A stretch of DNA of 63,322 nucleotides, counting the filler, from Rhabdomonas costata (Eukaryota), in the NCBI GenBank assembly GCA_019059605.1. It is 56 parts of 56 records of this genome, joined end to end, with 100 filler letters (N's around TTAATTAATTAA, not from the genome) between each part and the next. Parts side by side here need not be neighbours in the genome. Positions count along the whole stretch, not along the records: positions 23,798 to 24,830 come from JAHMHO010032374.1; positions 24,931 to 25,963 come from JAHMHO010032375.1; positions 26,064 to 27,096 come from JAHMHO010032376.1; positions 27,197 to 28,229 come from JAHMHO010032377.1; positions 28,330 to 29,362 come from JAHMHO010032378.1; positions 29,463 to 30,494 come from JAHMHO010032379.1; positions 30,595 to 31,627 come from JAHMHO010032380.1; positions 31,728 to 32,760 come from JAHMHO010032381.1; 48 more parts are not named here. One strand, given 5' to 3'. The position numbers and the translations under genes were made by a program. Shown in pieces: positions 24,822 to 37,287 of the stretch. The notes under the pieces are model-generated. The model saw only the letters and a list, made by a program, of their open reading frames with translations, did not search any database and was not told the DNA's origin. How positions within the stretch are numbered: the stretch's first letter is position 1; each line of letters begins with the position of its first letter.

Positions 24822-26350
24822 CAACAAACCNNNNNNNNNNNNNNNNNNNNNNNNNNNNNNNNNNNNNNNNNNNNTTAATTAATTAANNNNNNNNNNNNNN
24901 NNNNNNNNNNNNNNNNNNNNNNNNNNNNNNGGTTGTAATAACGAGCAGAAATCAATTCGAAGAGACATCGTTTTGCACAGACATTGCCACAGAAGTGGCA
25001 ATGGCCCGAGACAATCACTTGCGAACAACCTCATGCTCACCACTCGCAGCAGAGATTCGCTCATCTGAGCAAAGAAGGCTTGGATTTCGAGGCATAGCCG
25101 AGCGGGGCGAGAGGAGTGCGAAAAGGGGTCTCGAATGTCGAGAGTGCGGGTGCCCTCACCGAACACTACTGGAAAACGGCAGAAAAACGCAAGCGGGCAT
25201 AGATCTAAAATAAAGCATGCAATCCGCAAGTCGGTAAGAAAGCGTGATACATATCTTTGAAACAAAAATACATGCCGGCAAGCCTGTTGAACTCTCGATA
25301 TATAAACAAAAAGATCAACACTCCGTTACCGTTACTACAATGTGGGTCTGAGTGCGGGCAGTAGGGATTGGGTTGGAAAGGTATCAACAACATAAGCTCC
25401 GGTGTGGCAGACTGCCCAACTTATGCAACGGCAAGTGAGCAGATACACTCCATACTCTCCAAAACCAGGGACCCAGGCAACCAAAACCAGGCAGACAAAG
25501 CTCAAGGGAGGTAGCAACATCCGTACCACCCCTCGTCCGGCCATCTCAGGAACTGGCCATCTCAGGAACACAACAACGAACAAAAAACAAAAATAAGCAC
25601 ATGTCAAAGGGACTGTCGACAGTGTTGCAAAAAAGCACCCAGAACAACGTCTGAACGTCAGAACAAGGTCTCTGTGTTTACCCCAGTCAACGTTCTTCTC
25701 CATGTGAGGAGAGCACAGCATTCAGCGCGTTATTGCTTGGGAGTAGAACGGGTGGTCTCCAGGGCAACCCGCGTGGAGGTGTGCTGACGAGGGCTCGTAA
25801 CGGTGGCAAACCACTCCACCTTAAACAAGAGCCACACCCAGTGACACGAAAAGCGCATCTGCACGTCAGACCAAGACAGTGCTGGTGACCAAGGAATAAT
25901 GGGTTGCTTGGGGGTTTCTTGCTTTTAAGGAAGATTTCTGATGGCCGATAACAAAAAACAACANNNNNNNNNNNNNNNNNNNNNNNNNNNNNNNNNNNNN
26001 NNNNNNNTTAATTAATTAANNNNNNNNNNNNNNNNNNNNNNNNNNNNNNNNNNNNNNNNNNNNAGGGCTGCTTTTCCGTTTTGTGTTTCTTTTCCTTTTC
26101 ACTCTTGGTATATCTCCGCCGTACCTTGCTGAACAATTGTTATCTTTCCCATGATGATGTATGATGTGCAGGGAAAATAGCTAGCCGTCTCTGCTGCTGA
26201 ACACCTAACTTCATTGTTGTACCCATTTAATTGTCTCCATCTTGTGATTTCCAATTATTTAATGCACAACAAAACCGAACCCATGTTGCATTTGTCTTGA
26301 GTTGTCTAGAGTCGACTTGCCTTTTCGACCAAAAAGAAGAGGTACAATAC

Positions 26351-27096
26351 CTTTCCTTGAATCATGCCCGTCCTCTGCTCCTTTAGGTTCTTCACAATTT
26401 CAAAGATGCTGAATTCCTGCAAATCGTGAACAAGGCAGGCATTGGAAAGGTGTTCGTTCTGGTTTTGGTGCTCAGGTGCACAGTGTAAGTAGAAGCATGT
26501 AGCTCGAGATAAGCGCAAAGAAAACACAAACAACAACACTGGCGTCGGATACCTTGCCTTGGTAGATATGCGTCAGGGCAGTGTGAATGGCAATCAGAGT
26601 TCCCGTACGACCAATGCCAGCGCTGAAAAAGCAACAACAAACCTCACGAAGCATCCAAAATCATTCATTGTCGGTGAACTAGCGCAGGCAGACATGGAGG
26701 GAGGGGGGGGGTAAAAGGAAAGAAGTGGGGCAATGGTGTCGGAAAATCATGTGGCTCTGTGACGGCACTGTGCTGTACGATGACCGGGTCACGTGAAGAG
26801 TTTTGTGACCTTCATGTGCGAAACAAAAGTTTGCAAAGCAAATTGGCGGTTTCCTTTATTGACCCTTTCCTGAACACGAAGGTGGACAACCAAACAGCTG
26901 GGACAACAAACGGCAAGAGCAGTGGAATAGGCAGTGGAAAAAGAGCGGTATCAAATTCGCACTTGCGTCGGCACCAAAAAACAAAGACCAAAATGAATGA
27001 TAAAAACACCTGCAGTGTGCCACGATGGGTGGGTTGTCGCTCGTCTCCGCCTTAATCGCTTCTTGGAGCTTATCGACTCTTCTCAGCAGACGCAAC
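26351..27096 (-). CDS. Classical protein tyrosine phosphatase, three catalytic-domain exons (partial)
   Basis: Exons 27010-27096, 26553-26622 and 26351-26416 splice in frame via GT-AG introns to ...NPPIVAHCSAGIGRTGTLIAIHTALTHIYQGKEFSIFEIVKNLKEQRTGMIQGK, with the HCSAGxGRTG loop and QR.GMIQ loop. Confidence 0.93.
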
Positions 27097-27538
27097 NNNN
27101 NNNNNNNNNNNNNNNNNNNNNNNNNNNNNNNNNNNNNNNNTTAATTAATTAANNNNNNNNNNNNNNNNNNNNNNNNNNNNNNNNNNNNNNNNNNNNGGTT
27201 TGTTTGTCTGTCTGTCTGTCCCTCTCTCTAAAATTGGCCTCTGCCATACATAGCAGCACAGCCGTAAGGAGGGAGAGACCTCAAAAAAGTGTATAAAAAA
27301 AAGCCTGCAAAAATGCGAGCATACTCTGAGTGGCCTCATTTCAACAATTTCAATAATCATGTTCATTTCGAACAATTTACCACACCGCCAACCAATAGAT
27401 CACGCAAAAACCCATATCAGTGCAGAATGCATAACAGCGGATAATACTCCTGAATGACTTCCCGGTTTCCAAACAAAGGCGATGCCTGATGCAGGGACTA
27501 ATAGCATGCGATAATTCTATGCAAAGAGACGACCTACG

Positions 27539-27817
27539 TCATCTTTTTTCGTGGTTTCGGAAGTTGTCCAAAAGTTGTGGAGAGGTCGCACCTTCTGCTT
27601 GGCAAACGCTCAGCTTCAGATAGGCATCAGCAGCAGCCTGCCTTCTCTCAAGAGAGCACAGATGTTTGCAGTGGGGCGTCAGCTGAGCCAAGTGAGCCTC
27701 CAGAGCTTTCAGGCGACCCTCCGCTGAGACTGCCCATGGGGTGTCACTGAGTACCTCACCGCGGAAAAATTGCTTTGACGTAGTTTCAGGCCATTTGTAC
27801 GCACTTCTTGACGGCAC

Positions 27818-27852
<35 letters not shown>

Positions 27853-28073
27853 CAACAGCAGCAACAGCAGCATTATCATAACTCTCTTTGGCTGAGTCAC
27901 GGAGGGAAGTCTTCCCTTGGAGGTGAGCCTTTTCGGGTAACGACGCAGGGGCGTACGGGTAGCTCTCAGCCGACGGGATGGCCAAAAATTCCTCATCCTT
28001 GTCTTCGTCCGTTTTCTTCTCGAGTTCAGTCTGCAGAGAGAAACCTATTCTGAGACCTTACTGATGACGCCAT
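27539..28073 (-). CDS. Hypothetical protein with Ala-Pro repeat; 12-nt first coding exon and 31-nt intron
   Basis: ATG GCG TCA TCA (28062-28073), intron gtaagg...tctctctgcag (28031-28061), then ORF 27539-28030 TELEKKTDEDKDEEFLAIPSAES...APAPAPAPAV...EKR-stop. The long ORF has no Met of its own. Confidence 0.55.
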
Positions 28074-28369
28074 TTTGCGCTTCAGCATGTCTACCCTGTT
28101 GAACGGAACGCGAGCGCGCTACAAAATGCTTGAGATGGAGGCAATTATCCTTACCGTTGAGGGTTTCTATCCTTTATTGATAGGATTGAAATGAAAAAGC
28201 TGACAAGAAAGTGCACAAAACCACACCCCNNNNNNNNNNNNNNNNNNNNNNNNNNNNNNNNNNNNNNNNNNNNTTAATTAATTAANNNNNNNNNNNNNNN
28301 NNNNNNNNNNNNNNNNNNNNNNNNNNNNNTTGTGGTGGCTGCTCTTTCGTTTCACCCAAAACAAAAGAT

Positions 28370-29250
28370 CAAAACGCAACGCCTTCAGTAGGAATAAAAC
28401 CTGCACATGACATTGTAGCTGAGCGTCGCGCGGTAATGGTTCATGAAAAAGATCAGACTTTCTCCACCTAACCAACTTACATGCTCCTACTACTATTCAC
28501 AGTCACCGACTCAATGCTGGAGAAAATACTCGGATTACACGTCTTTTATTAATGCCTGGTTGCAGAACTGATCGAATCTAATTAGTCACGCGTCCAATAA
28601 GCTCTCCATTGCGAATCTATTTCGCTCACCGCTGTAGCAGAATTCTCATATCCTGACGGAAAACACCAGTGTCCGAGTACCGCAGCAACTTCCACGCCGG
28701 ATCCAGAGGCACCATAAGCAGAGCATGCGCACGTGGATCTTGCAACTCTGCCCAGGTTCTCGCGGCTCCTCTCTCTCACACCGGCGGTCGGTATGCTGGC
28801 CTTCACCGCAGTTTTTCCCATCCAGTCCAGCCTCAGATCCACGCACCGATCCTCCCCGTTTAAAACCAACGGTTATCAGCAGCATCCCGCTCAGTTTAGC
28901 CGCAGTCCTCTCTCTCAACAGCAGTATTTTAACCAGAAACAACAGCAAAGAAGTTATAGCCGTACAGGAATGTGGGATCCAATCAATAAACTCATGACAT
29001 GCGCACATGTATTCGCTGATAATCTCAACTAGTTTCACGTAAGCAGACGACATATGCACCGCAATTGTCAGGCCATCAATCTGTCCTTTGCTCCTTCATC
29101 AAAAGAGGTCATCGTGCGTTTCCACGCGCACGTCCAGAGCAACTACACTGCCGTGATTTCCCAGTAGTGAACTGATGATGTGTGACCCCATGTTTGCCCG
29201 CCTTACCATACTTCAATATTTCGAAATATGGATGTCTGCGCTTGCAGCAT
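28370..29250 (+). mobile_element. Highly decayed non-LTR reverse transcriptase remnant
   Basis: Colinear degenerate motifs across frames: NAFSRNKTC (about QfGFR..rst), TISRACARGSCNSAQVL (about i.rGvrQG..lSP.L), AHVFADNL (about l.(Y/F)ADD), CQAINLSFAPSSKEVI (about GL.fn..K). Many stops. Confidence 0.4.
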
Positions 29251-32200
29251 TGCAAGACTTCAGAGCATATATGTTGCTACCCAACGGAAGCCAAAGTACT
29301 AGAAGAAACACCAGAGCAAGTACTCAGTGCGACAACCTCTAGGAACCTGAATCACAAAAAACNNNNNNNNNNNNNNNNNNNNNNNNNNNNNNNNNNNNNN
29401 NNNNNNTTAATTAATTAANNNNNNNNNNNNNNNNNNNNNNNNNNNNNNNNNNNNNNNNNNNNGCAGCAGAGTCCGGCCGTAGCGGTGGCGTTCCCCGGGA
29501 AGGTCAACCTTAGGGTGGCGTGTGCACGTGTCAACAATTGAAAAGCAAGTCAGTATACGACATAATTGTCCGAAAGAAAAAGCAAACGGTTGTAGGAGAG
29601 AGAAAGAGCAGTTGACAACGCTCATTGGTGGCAAGTAGGCCCTCACTCGTGCATCGCCTTCTAATTTCCTGTTACAGGACCTCTGGACGAGCAGTCGTCA
29701 GGGTTGTGGGTAGTACCATTTACTTCGGTTATTGGGTGACTTCCTACAGGTGCCCTGGACCGGAGCTAAATCCGGAGCTAGACCAAACCGGACCGGAGGA
29801 CCTGGCACGGGTATCATAACGAAGTGTGCCACCAGCTGACTTGTGTGTGTTTGTTTTCGAGTCGAGCCCAACCTTCGTAACCTGGAGACTCTCAACAATT
29901 GGCGACTTCAACCCTCCCCTACCCTTCAACCTGCTGGTTCCAACCATGGCTGAGAGAAGTTAACCAGCACACCCAGAGGGAAAGAGAGAGAGAGAGCAAG
30001 AGAACATACGGCCTTCGCGCTAACCCCCGCACACACATGAACATACGCAGTAGCAAAGATCGCGGAAAACCAACGTGGTGGCCACCACACTGGTGCGGTG
30101 AGGCTGAGGCTCCTGCAGTACTCCTGGGGCTATGCCAGGGTCCGGTTTTTTGTTCAGAGCGTCCTTGCTTCCCCCGCGAATATCAACCGCAGCGGCGCCA
30201 GACCCTGCTGTGATCGGGGCGCCGCTCGCCCCGGAGGGGCCTTCCTCCCAACGGAGGTACCGCAGCCCAGCCGCGAAGAGCAGCGCCATCACCACCGCAA
30301 AGCCTGCCACACGACGTCAAGTCAACACCAACAGCCAAAGAAACTTTGTAACCTTGACAAGTGTTTGCAAACAAACAAACACACGCAAACATAAAATTCC
30401 AGGATGTCATCGACAGACTTGTAAGCAACATGGAGCTGCGAAAGTGCACAAAAAAATTTGCCCCCCAAACGGGCTGCGTGTGGACCCCCAACCCNNNNNN
30501 NNNNNNNNNNNNNNNNNNNNNNNNNNNNNNNNNNNNNNTTAATTAATTAANNNNNNNNNNNNNNNNNNNNNNNNNNNNNNNNNNNNNNNNNNNNGTTGTT
30601 GTTTTGCACTATTTCCATGCCATATTGACAGCAGTTGCCCTGTGAATATTCCGGTTGGTTGCCCCACTCGAGACCACATCTCGAAGAAAACTATTCCTGG
30701 TGGTCTCCAAGAGATCCACATCTCTAGCGATCATCAAATCACCGTTCTAACCCTCACGACAAAGTCGACAAACACACACAACTAATTACAGCGCACAAAA
30801 GTATAAAAGAAGAGGTGGCTTTGTTACGCGGTCACCAACTCTAATCAAAAATAAATCAAAACAACAAACGTACTGCAAGCACTATTCCACTGCAATGCTA
30901 GGAAATGCAGGAGTAAAACGTGACGTTTTGTTGACATTACAGCGCCTGCACAACCACAAACCGGTGGTGCGGAATCCTTTGATTGGATGGCTTGCATTTT
31001 GCACCGACTTTCTGCTGTGTGATACTAGGTGGCAGCCAGCTTCATCCAATCGGAGACGCTTGTTGGTGAATTCGGAAACCCTTTTTTGCTAGGATTGGAC
31101 CAAGCCTGTTCGTCACACTCATATGCGGAAGTGTAATTCGTAACACTTCGTCCCAACAGTATTAGTAGTGAGCGTATTTCTGACTCTAAACTGCTAGACA
31201 AACAGCAAACTCATTTATTTGCTTCTGATGCTGATAATGCTCCATTACACACCTTCAAAAAATTGTCTCTCGATGTCAAGTTTCACTGGAACAAACTTGT
31301 TCCAAAACGTTCCCATTCAGCACAACTTGTGGCACATTTTTCCACTGCACTGCCTACAAATCAACATCTGGGGGTATATAATATGAGATCATTTTGTCAT
31401 AATATTGTCCAATTCACTGTTACGTAAAGTTGATCTTTTGCTTTGCATTGCCGCAATAGGCCTTGATTTCACTATTTTAGCTGTCTACTGTTGAGATACT
31501 CCCGAAGCATAATGGCCAGTTGTGTTCAATGGTGATATATTTCTCGCAAGGAACACAATACAGAAGAAATGAAATCCATTAACTTGACGTGACGTTACAT
31601 GAGCAGTACATGTCTTAACAAAAACAANNNNNNNNNNNNNNNNNNNNNNNNNNNNNNNNNNNNNNNNNNNNTTAATTAATTAANNNNNNNNNNNNNNNNN
31701 NNNNNNNNNNNNNNNNNNNNNNNNNNNGTGGGTTGGTATTTCCCAGTGGTTTTGGGTTCTTGGACGCTCTTCGTCGGGTTCTTTGCGACTGTGGGGTGGA
31801 GGTCGACTTTTTGTGGGATGCTTCGCATCTGAAATCGGAGGATGGGTCGGGTTCTGGGTGTGCGAGGTTTGGGGTGACGTGATGATGGATGCACTGGGGC
31901 TGTGGTTGAGGCGGGGGGTTATGTGCGAGAGAGAGAGAGAGAGAGAGAAGCGAGTCTTAGGAAAGAGCGTTCCCCTTAGTCGGGCAAGTCAGGAGCGTGA
32001 GCGTAAAACAGGTATATTTCAGCAAGAAGTCCGGGGGGGCAATGTACAGGCGGGGAGCAACTTCCTTTCCACACAACACCAGACCCAACAGACCGCGATA
32101 AACGCACAACACGAACGTAGTACGTAAACACGCATGGGCGGACTACGCCTCACATTCGCCGGCAAGCAAACCTGCCTGCACACAAGCTGAGTCGATCAGC

Positions 32201-32320
32201 AAACATAGGAGGAATTACCACCGCTTTGGTGAAGTATTCATGCTCGTGAGGAAAAACCTTTTTAAAATTTTTAAAAGGTGGGTAAGGAACAGCTGTGGGG
32301 GTTCATGGGCGGACGTGAAC

Positions 32321-32471
32321 CTGCATGATTCGACGGAAGAGGTAGGTCCAGGTGAGGTAGTCCACGGCGTCCTGCCGCTTGGCCACGGTGCCTGCTACGA
32401 TCTCCGCGTTGAGATGCTCGTGCAGCGCGGTGTGCAGGCTGCTCTCCACGGGGAAAGGGTCGTACAAAAAC
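32321..32471 (-). CDS. ASCC3: Ski2-like helicase ASCC3/Slh1, second-cassette winged-helix exon
   Basis: 151-nt exon (cag|G TTT...CAG|gttcac) [61 protein letters not shown] and TWTY.FRR favour ASCC3 over Brr2. Confidence 0.88.
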
Positions 32472-33174
32472 CTGTGGCGAGAGCATGGCATGGGGAGGGC
32501 AGAGATGCTCTCGAGAGAGCACCATCTCCAGAAACAGATGCGCGTTCGGCGAGATTCCAGCCCCCCAAATGAATAATCCCTCCAGGCAACTTTTCTCACC
32601 ACATCAATGCAAAGGAGCACGGGCACGGGGGGAATGCCATCGTAAGTTCCTCATTTGCTACCTCTCACAAAGGAGCACTGGACACAAGAAGTGTGACGAG
32701 TCACACCATATCCTTAGGCATCCGTGATGCCTCGGTTCCAAAGAGGGAAACCAACCCACCNNNNNNNNNNNNNNNNNNNNNNNNNNNNNNNNNNNNNNNN
32801 NNNNTTAATTAATTAANNNNNNNNNNNNNNNNNNNNNNNNNNNNNNNNNNNNNNNNNNNNTCTGTAGCCTAAAATATATAACGGCCGCAACCAACGGTTA
32901 TGGTTTTTGGGGATCCCCTTAGCGTTGAACACACGTTGAAAGAGCATCGTACAAGGTGTGCAGGCAAGAGCTTACTAGACCTTCAACTCCGAAATCAAAT
33001 ACGAAAAGGTTTGGGGGGCTTTGCCCCACCTAGCTCCAGGGCGAGAGCTTTCGGCGAATTTTCCGAACACTCCAGTGCCCCTCGCACAGGTTATTAAAAT
33101 GGGAGAGAAGCACGGTAGCTGTCCGACCGGCGGCCTCCTACAGCACGGAGAGAAAGTGAAAAGGCCGCACACAC

Positions 33175-33282
33175 CCGTGCAGCAGTCCGACTGGGTGCAT
33201 GTCTGCGTCGCGCAGACGGTAGAGGAGGCCTTCCTGGAGTATCCAGTGGGGCAGGCGTAGGCAGTGCCACAGGTCGGGTTAG
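33175..33282 (-). CDS. Six-Cys repeat module exon of an extracellular protein
   Basis: 108-nt symmetric phase 1-1 exon (acacag|CT AAC...ACG G|gtgtgt) NPTCGTAYACPTGYSRKASSTVCATQTCTQSDCCT. Confidence 0.6.
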
Positions 33283-35126
33283 CTGTGTATGCATTTGGAG
33301 TGTGCATGTGTGAAGTTTCCGCTGGTTAGGTTGGCGGACACACGCCCTCAGCTCTGCTGGGTAGTCTGTGTGGGTCAAGTGGTTGTGAACCGCCTTGGGT
33401 CCCTTACGGTCCCGAGCACGCACAGTACACGCCCAGGTTCTGCGAGCGGGGCCGGGCGCGCCTTCCTTGGGGGTAGTCGCTGCACGGTTGCAGAGTACAC
33501 GCCTCCGATGTCGGTTGTCCGCAACGGTTCGCCCCGCGCAGTACACGCCTTCTTCCGCATCCGGGCCGCCAAAGTCGCTCATAAAAACCATCAGATAGGG
33601 CGCTGTCCTGGGAGCAGCTCTGGTGGAGTCCCCGCAAAAAATACGGGGATAGTGGGCGCTTCAGCCTCTGTGCTCCGGGGTTGGAGCCACGTAGCGAGCG
33701 ACGCCCCAGCGCTCGTGCAAGTCCGACTCTGGGACCACAATACCAACCCGTTGCCTACCTGAACGCCGAGCCCCTGATGGTGAACGGGTCGAATTATTCT
33801 GCTAGACACAGTGTCCTCCAGCCGTTGAAACAAGGGTGTACTGGTGGCGCCGATACACTGGCTTCGTTAATGCTGGCGCTACTTCAGGCCACTNNNNNNN
33901 NNNNNNNNNNNNNNNNNNNNNNNNNNNNNNNNNNNNNTTAATTAATTAANNNNNNNNNNNNNNNNNNNNNNNNNNNNNNNNNNNNNNNNNNNNTTGTTGG
34001 TTTTTGGCGCGTTCACGGAGCTGCTGTTCGTGCTGGACGACACGACAGGCATTGGGGTGAGAGTGTGCGCCGTGCCCATCCGTACACTCACGCAAACAGG
34101 AGAACTGCGAAAGCATTTCCTTATAGCTTTTTTGTGGTGGGATTCTCGAGCGGGCGCAGAGTTGGGGGTGGGGCGTTCCTTCAGGAATGTGGGGAAGTGA
34201 CCTCATCCCACCACGGAAACCTGGGGCCCTTTTGGGGGACATCTGATGCAAGCAAAGGGGAGCAACGCCCTTTGCCCGTCCCTTTGCACGCAGTGGATTC
34301 TCCAATGCCGTAGTTGCATTTCTGGTTTTGCGTACAGTGCGGGGAGTTTCACTTCGGAAAGACGCACTTGGATTTCAAATTCTCTCATGTTGAACATGGT
34401 CCATGGAACACCCGATCAAAGAGAGGGACAAATGGCAGGCCCGCCACCACCAAGCACACCGCCAAGCCTTCGGCTGGCGCAGCTCCGTGCTCGGAGGGTC
34501 CAGGGGGAGGAAGAGGAACAGCGCCCGTAGCTGAAGGGCTGGAGGACAGCACCTGCGGGTTCACACAGCAGAGAAGACAACAAACAGTATAAAAAAAGCG
34601 TCAAAAGAAGGAGCAGTAGCGGAGTCCTTGTCATTGTTGTCCTTAGCCCTGACCCTAAACTCCGCAGAAAAACTCCGCCTTTTTAGGGGGGAATGTCTCA
34701 TACCGCTGACCCAGAGAGTCTAAAGACCACTATTTATACCACTTGCTGCCAATCTTCGGGTAGCGACTCTCGCGTGCGTACGTTCACGAAGGGCTGCTGG
34801 ATGCTGTAAAAATTTCACCTGGTGCATAGGTACATGGAGCTCACGTCGGCTTCTGCACCAGATACTACAGTAGATAGGCATCGCGATGGCGATAGTAGCG
34901 AACCAATTACGATGGTAGACACCACCCGGTGTTCTTGTCGCTGTTTACTGTGTGGCGATTTGTGGAACGCGCGATAAGCGGCCGCTGAAATGAGAGACAC
35001 ACCAACCCTTGAAACGCATGGACCACNNNNNNNNNNNNNNNNNNNNNNNNNNNNNNNNNNNNNNNNNNNNTTAATTAATTAANNNNNNNNNNNNNNNNNN
35101 NNNNNNNNNNNNNNNNNNNNNNNNNN

Positions 35127-35746
35127 GCTATTTGTGACTGTTGCTGGAATTGCAATCAGCACCCACAGCACAAGGGACCGCACAAAAGCTGGAGTGTCGC
35201 GGTCCACAATGTTCTTTACAATGCTCCCTAAGAGGGAAGAACCAGCTAACTCGCGAAAATGAACAAAAGTGCCAGCCAAATTACTGGTCTGAAAAGATGA
35301 AGAGCAAGAATCATAAGCATCCTGTCCCGTCGTGTTTGTTCACGTGTCCGTGCCAGTTCAAACCGTGGTGATCAAATGCAATTGCAGGAGCCCGAAACCC
35401 CGAGACCTGACATGGAATCTAAACTCTGCCAGTGGCCGTCCAGTTCGCAAGCACACTGACCTTTTGGTCCTTGGTACTGAGTGTGTATGTGGAGGGGGAG
35501 GGAGGACATGACGCAGGCACCGTCCAGCCGAGCCACCCAGATGCTGAGCAACGTTCGGCTGAATAGAAAACAAGTGTGCAGGCCCAGCAGCCCAGACTCC
35601 CAGCACAGCGGGCGGGGCAGCAGCACCCTCAGAAGGACCACCAAGTTGCGCCCAAACCGCGATCGCTTGGGCTCAGCCTTGAAAGCCGACGCACGCAACC
35701 ACACGAGACAGCGCCACACCCTCAGAACCCCATATGTCCCAGCGGC
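35127..35746 (-). CDS. Peroxisomal ABC transporter subfamily D (ABCD/PXA-like), transmembrane-domain exons (partial)
   Basis: Exon 35521-35746 ...LLRVLLPRPLCWESGLLGLHTCFLFSRTLLSIWVARLDG, 293-nt GT-AG intron, exon 35127-35227 SIVKNIVDRDTPAFVRSLVLWVLIAIPATVTNS. Matches the ABCD pattern SRT.LS..VA.LDG...W..IA.PAT..NS. Confidence 0.92.
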
Positions 35747-36028
35747 CTATAGTTGAAAAAAATTCCCAGCCAGTCAGAGAAAGCACGCTGAGAGATACCT
35801 TTTGCGGCTCCAGAGTCGTGCTCGGGGTGCGATTCACATGCTTCAGTGACGGCGGAACTTTGGCCCGACTCTTTCGTTGGCTCTGAGAAAACCCAAAAGT
35901 AATATAGAGGAAACCAAAACCTGTCTGGTATACTCAACACAAGAACCAAGTGTATTCTTTTTTCAAAAAATAGTCGAAGGCAGTGAAGGTATTAATTATG
36001 GATCAGATTTTGTCTGGATTTTTTCGCG

Positions 36029-36154
36029 CATAAAAGTTATGGATAATTAAAAAAAATGGAACAGTGAAACCCTTTGCTAACGATCAGCGTCGACGCTGAT
36101 CGTTAGCAAAGGGTTTCACTGTTCCATTTTTTTTATTTATCCATAACTTTTATG
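36029..36154. repeat. Near-perfect terminal palindrome centred on GTCGAC, probable fold-back chimera
   Basis: About 63-bp arms with no loop, ending exactly at the contig end. Confidence 0.9.
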
Positions 36155-36254
36155 NNNNNNNNNNNNNNNNNNNNNNNNNNNNNNNNNNNNNNNNNNNNTT
36201 AATTAATTAANNNNNNNNNNNNNNNNNNNNNNNNNNNNNNNNNNNNNNNNNNNN

Positions 36255-37287
36255 CTGTACACGCATATACACCAGCAAACACTTCAGATAAATTATATGC
36301 AAATCCAGATGCTTTAGAAAGTGGTTTACAGAGCGCATTCTACAGAGTCAAAGGCAAATGTCTCAGTAATTGCATAGCAATTTCAACACATCTACACGTT
36401 GCGTAAAACAACCCGCAGTCAGATCAGTGCAGGAAGAGCAGCTTCTAAAGTTTAAACTTGAGTTTCATGTGCTCAAGGAGCATCGAAATCTGCCGGACGC
36501 TTTCGCCATAAAGTATTCAGCAACCGCGTTGAAAGAACATGTGACAAGGATTTTGATACCTGTAAGTATTTGTATCCAGGACATCAAACCAAATATCATG
36601 TCCCACACAACTGGTTGAAAAAGTTTGGTGGAGATTAAGCAGAATAAATTACCGAAATTCTATTTGGTCGGAAACACATACTAGATGCTGATTTCTGGGT
36701 AATTTTCCAATGGTGAACACAATTAAAGAACTGCGCACGTGAATTCAGCTCAAGTTGGTGAAACATACACAGTCAGTAACATTTGAATATGAACTTTTAC
36801 GTAACGCGGAGGCTTTTATTACTACCAAGCACACACTGCCTTTGTATGCTTATGTTTAGAAGCATGAGTATGCTCCGTTTATGATGATTACAGTGGTGCA
36901 TTAATTGCATCCAGAGCAATTTTACATGGTGAGTCATAACGGATTGGAGCGTACAACTATGAAATTTGAAAGTTTTTGTTTGCCATACAACGCGTAATAA
37001 GTTTGTCGTTTATACCAGTCCTACCTATCAAATTTATGTTTCATCTTTTCAATTAACCGGCCATGTGGACAAAAAGAGCCACCTTGAATTAGGAATTAGG
37101 TTCACTGTATCGTATTATATAAGTTTTTTTTTACATAATTGTGTACATAAAAAATTATAAATAAAGTTTATATACAGTGAAAGGCAAACCTCCTAGAGGA
37201 TTTGGAGGAGTGTGGTCAACAAGTAGATCCACAATCAAATTATTTAATAGTTTTTGACACAATAACTCAATACACACATATTTGGAA
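36255..37287 (+). mobile_element. Possible decayed Polinton/Maverick-like element: protein-primed PolB C-terminus followed by A32-like packaging ATPase N-terminus
   Basis: AT-rich, no splice signals. Ordered degenerate motifs: FTERILQS, EQLLKFKLEF, AIKYSATALKEH, TTG*KSLVEIKQ, LRNAEAFITTKHTLPLYAYV*K; then FSI.RPCGQ/KSHL (broken Walker A), IKFIYSERQ, DPQSNYLIVFD (Walker B-like). By-eye only. Confidence 0.4.

Noticed and set aside
27808..28053. Plus-strand poly-QE/Q ORF and overlapping minus-strand poly-Leu ORF
   Set aside because: These are alternative readings of the (GCAGGA)n/(GCA)n repeat that encodes Ala-Pro in the better-supported minus frame.
30880..31627. AT-rich stretch with QPQTGGAESF and KVDLLLCIAAIGLDF, faintly like a decayed SF2/RecQ helicase
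   Set aside because: No DExH motif and no intact GKS; too many edits are needed to support a call.
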